A DNA stretch of 47,263 bases from Bacteroidales bacterium (GTDB lineage: Bacteria; Bacteroidota; Bacteroidia; Bacteroidales; Paludibacteraceae). The notes beneath the pieces are model-generated. The model ran no database searches. It was not told the origin of the DNA and saw only the letters and a program-made list of their open reading frames with translations. Location: NCBI GenBank assembly GCA_030523485.1, contig JAUNIJ010000001.1:4156-51418 (forward strand), in the 5' to 3' direction. Positions 47,178 to 47,263 of this stretch are shown here, one piece after another; positions within the stretch are counted from its first letter, which is position 1, and every line of letters starts with the position of its first letter. The translations under genes and the position numbers were made by a program.

Positions 47178-47263
47178 TTATTTCGACGATTTTTTCACTG
47201 TGGTATCTTCGTTACCATCGGCCATATCTTTGAACTTATCTGCCAATGCCTTGAGTGCCTCTG
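47178..47263 (-). CDS. 3' end of an unidentified CDS that continues beyond the right window edge
   Basis: My translation of the minus frame is ...EALKALADKFKDMADGNEDTTVKKSSK*, with the stop at 47180..47178. Only 27 codons are visible. Confidence 0.3.
   Translation of the reverse strand, partial: EALKALADKFKDMADGNEDTTVKKSSK

Noticed and set aside
1-47263. Search for CRISPR arrays, tRNA/rRNA genes, integrases, transposases, inverted-repeat-bounded elements, and toxin-antitoxin or defence gene signatures
   Set aside because: By eye I found no spaced direct-repeat array, no tRNA-like T-arm/acceptor pattern and no recombinase or nuclease/ATPase defence motifs. Every large ORF has a plausible housekeeping or envelope assignment. 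Visual scanning cannot fully exclude this, so tRNAscan, Infernal/Rfam and DefenseFinder/PADLOC runs would be decisive.

Overview
The window looks like a mostly housekeeping chromosomal stretch from a Bacteroidota genome, probably Bacteroidales and Prevotella-like. This placement rests on a SusC/SusD pair, TAnnTTTG -7 promoter boxes in front of most transcription units, a six-gene Na+-NQR operon, and GldH and PorT-like T9SS parts. Genes fall into three strand blocks. Block 1 (1-21.5 kb, minus strand, tdk excepted) holds a partial sialidase, a UvrD/PcrA-type helicase plus a small membrane protein, recA, a WecA/MraY-like transferase, SusC-SusD-Big_2 lipoprotein, hyp-rsmI-HAD nucleotidase, pssA, a 1014-aa amidase-like protein, an MscS channel and rplS. 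Block 2 (21.8-39.6 kb, plus strand, one small ferredoxin excepted) holds a nitroreductase, nqrABCDEF, a flavodoxin-like/4Fe-4S protein, two FKBP PPIases, a PorT-like OMP, rpsO, a lipoprotein, a DUF2723 membrane protein, a NodB deacetylase and nspC. Block 3 (39.7-47.3 kb, minus strand) holds DUF1653, hisS, waaA, trmB, gldH, a PSP1/RicT-like protein, holB and two poorly defined ORFs. I saw no rRNA, tRNA, CRISPR array, integrase, transposase, or recognisable defence or toxin-antitoxin genes. I did not find a convincing new multi-gene system. The items most worth a second look are: (1) the mscS - 1014-aa split-amidase-like protein - pssA operon; (2) an extremely G-depleted flavodoxin/4Fe-4S gene after nqr; (3) a PSP1 protein with a 134-aa N/Q/R-rich tail; (4) a 56-aa ferredoxin missing from the ORF track; (5) an orphan SusCD-lipoprotein locus; (6) several regulatory oddities. 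All product calls rest on motif recognition by eye. No searches were run.
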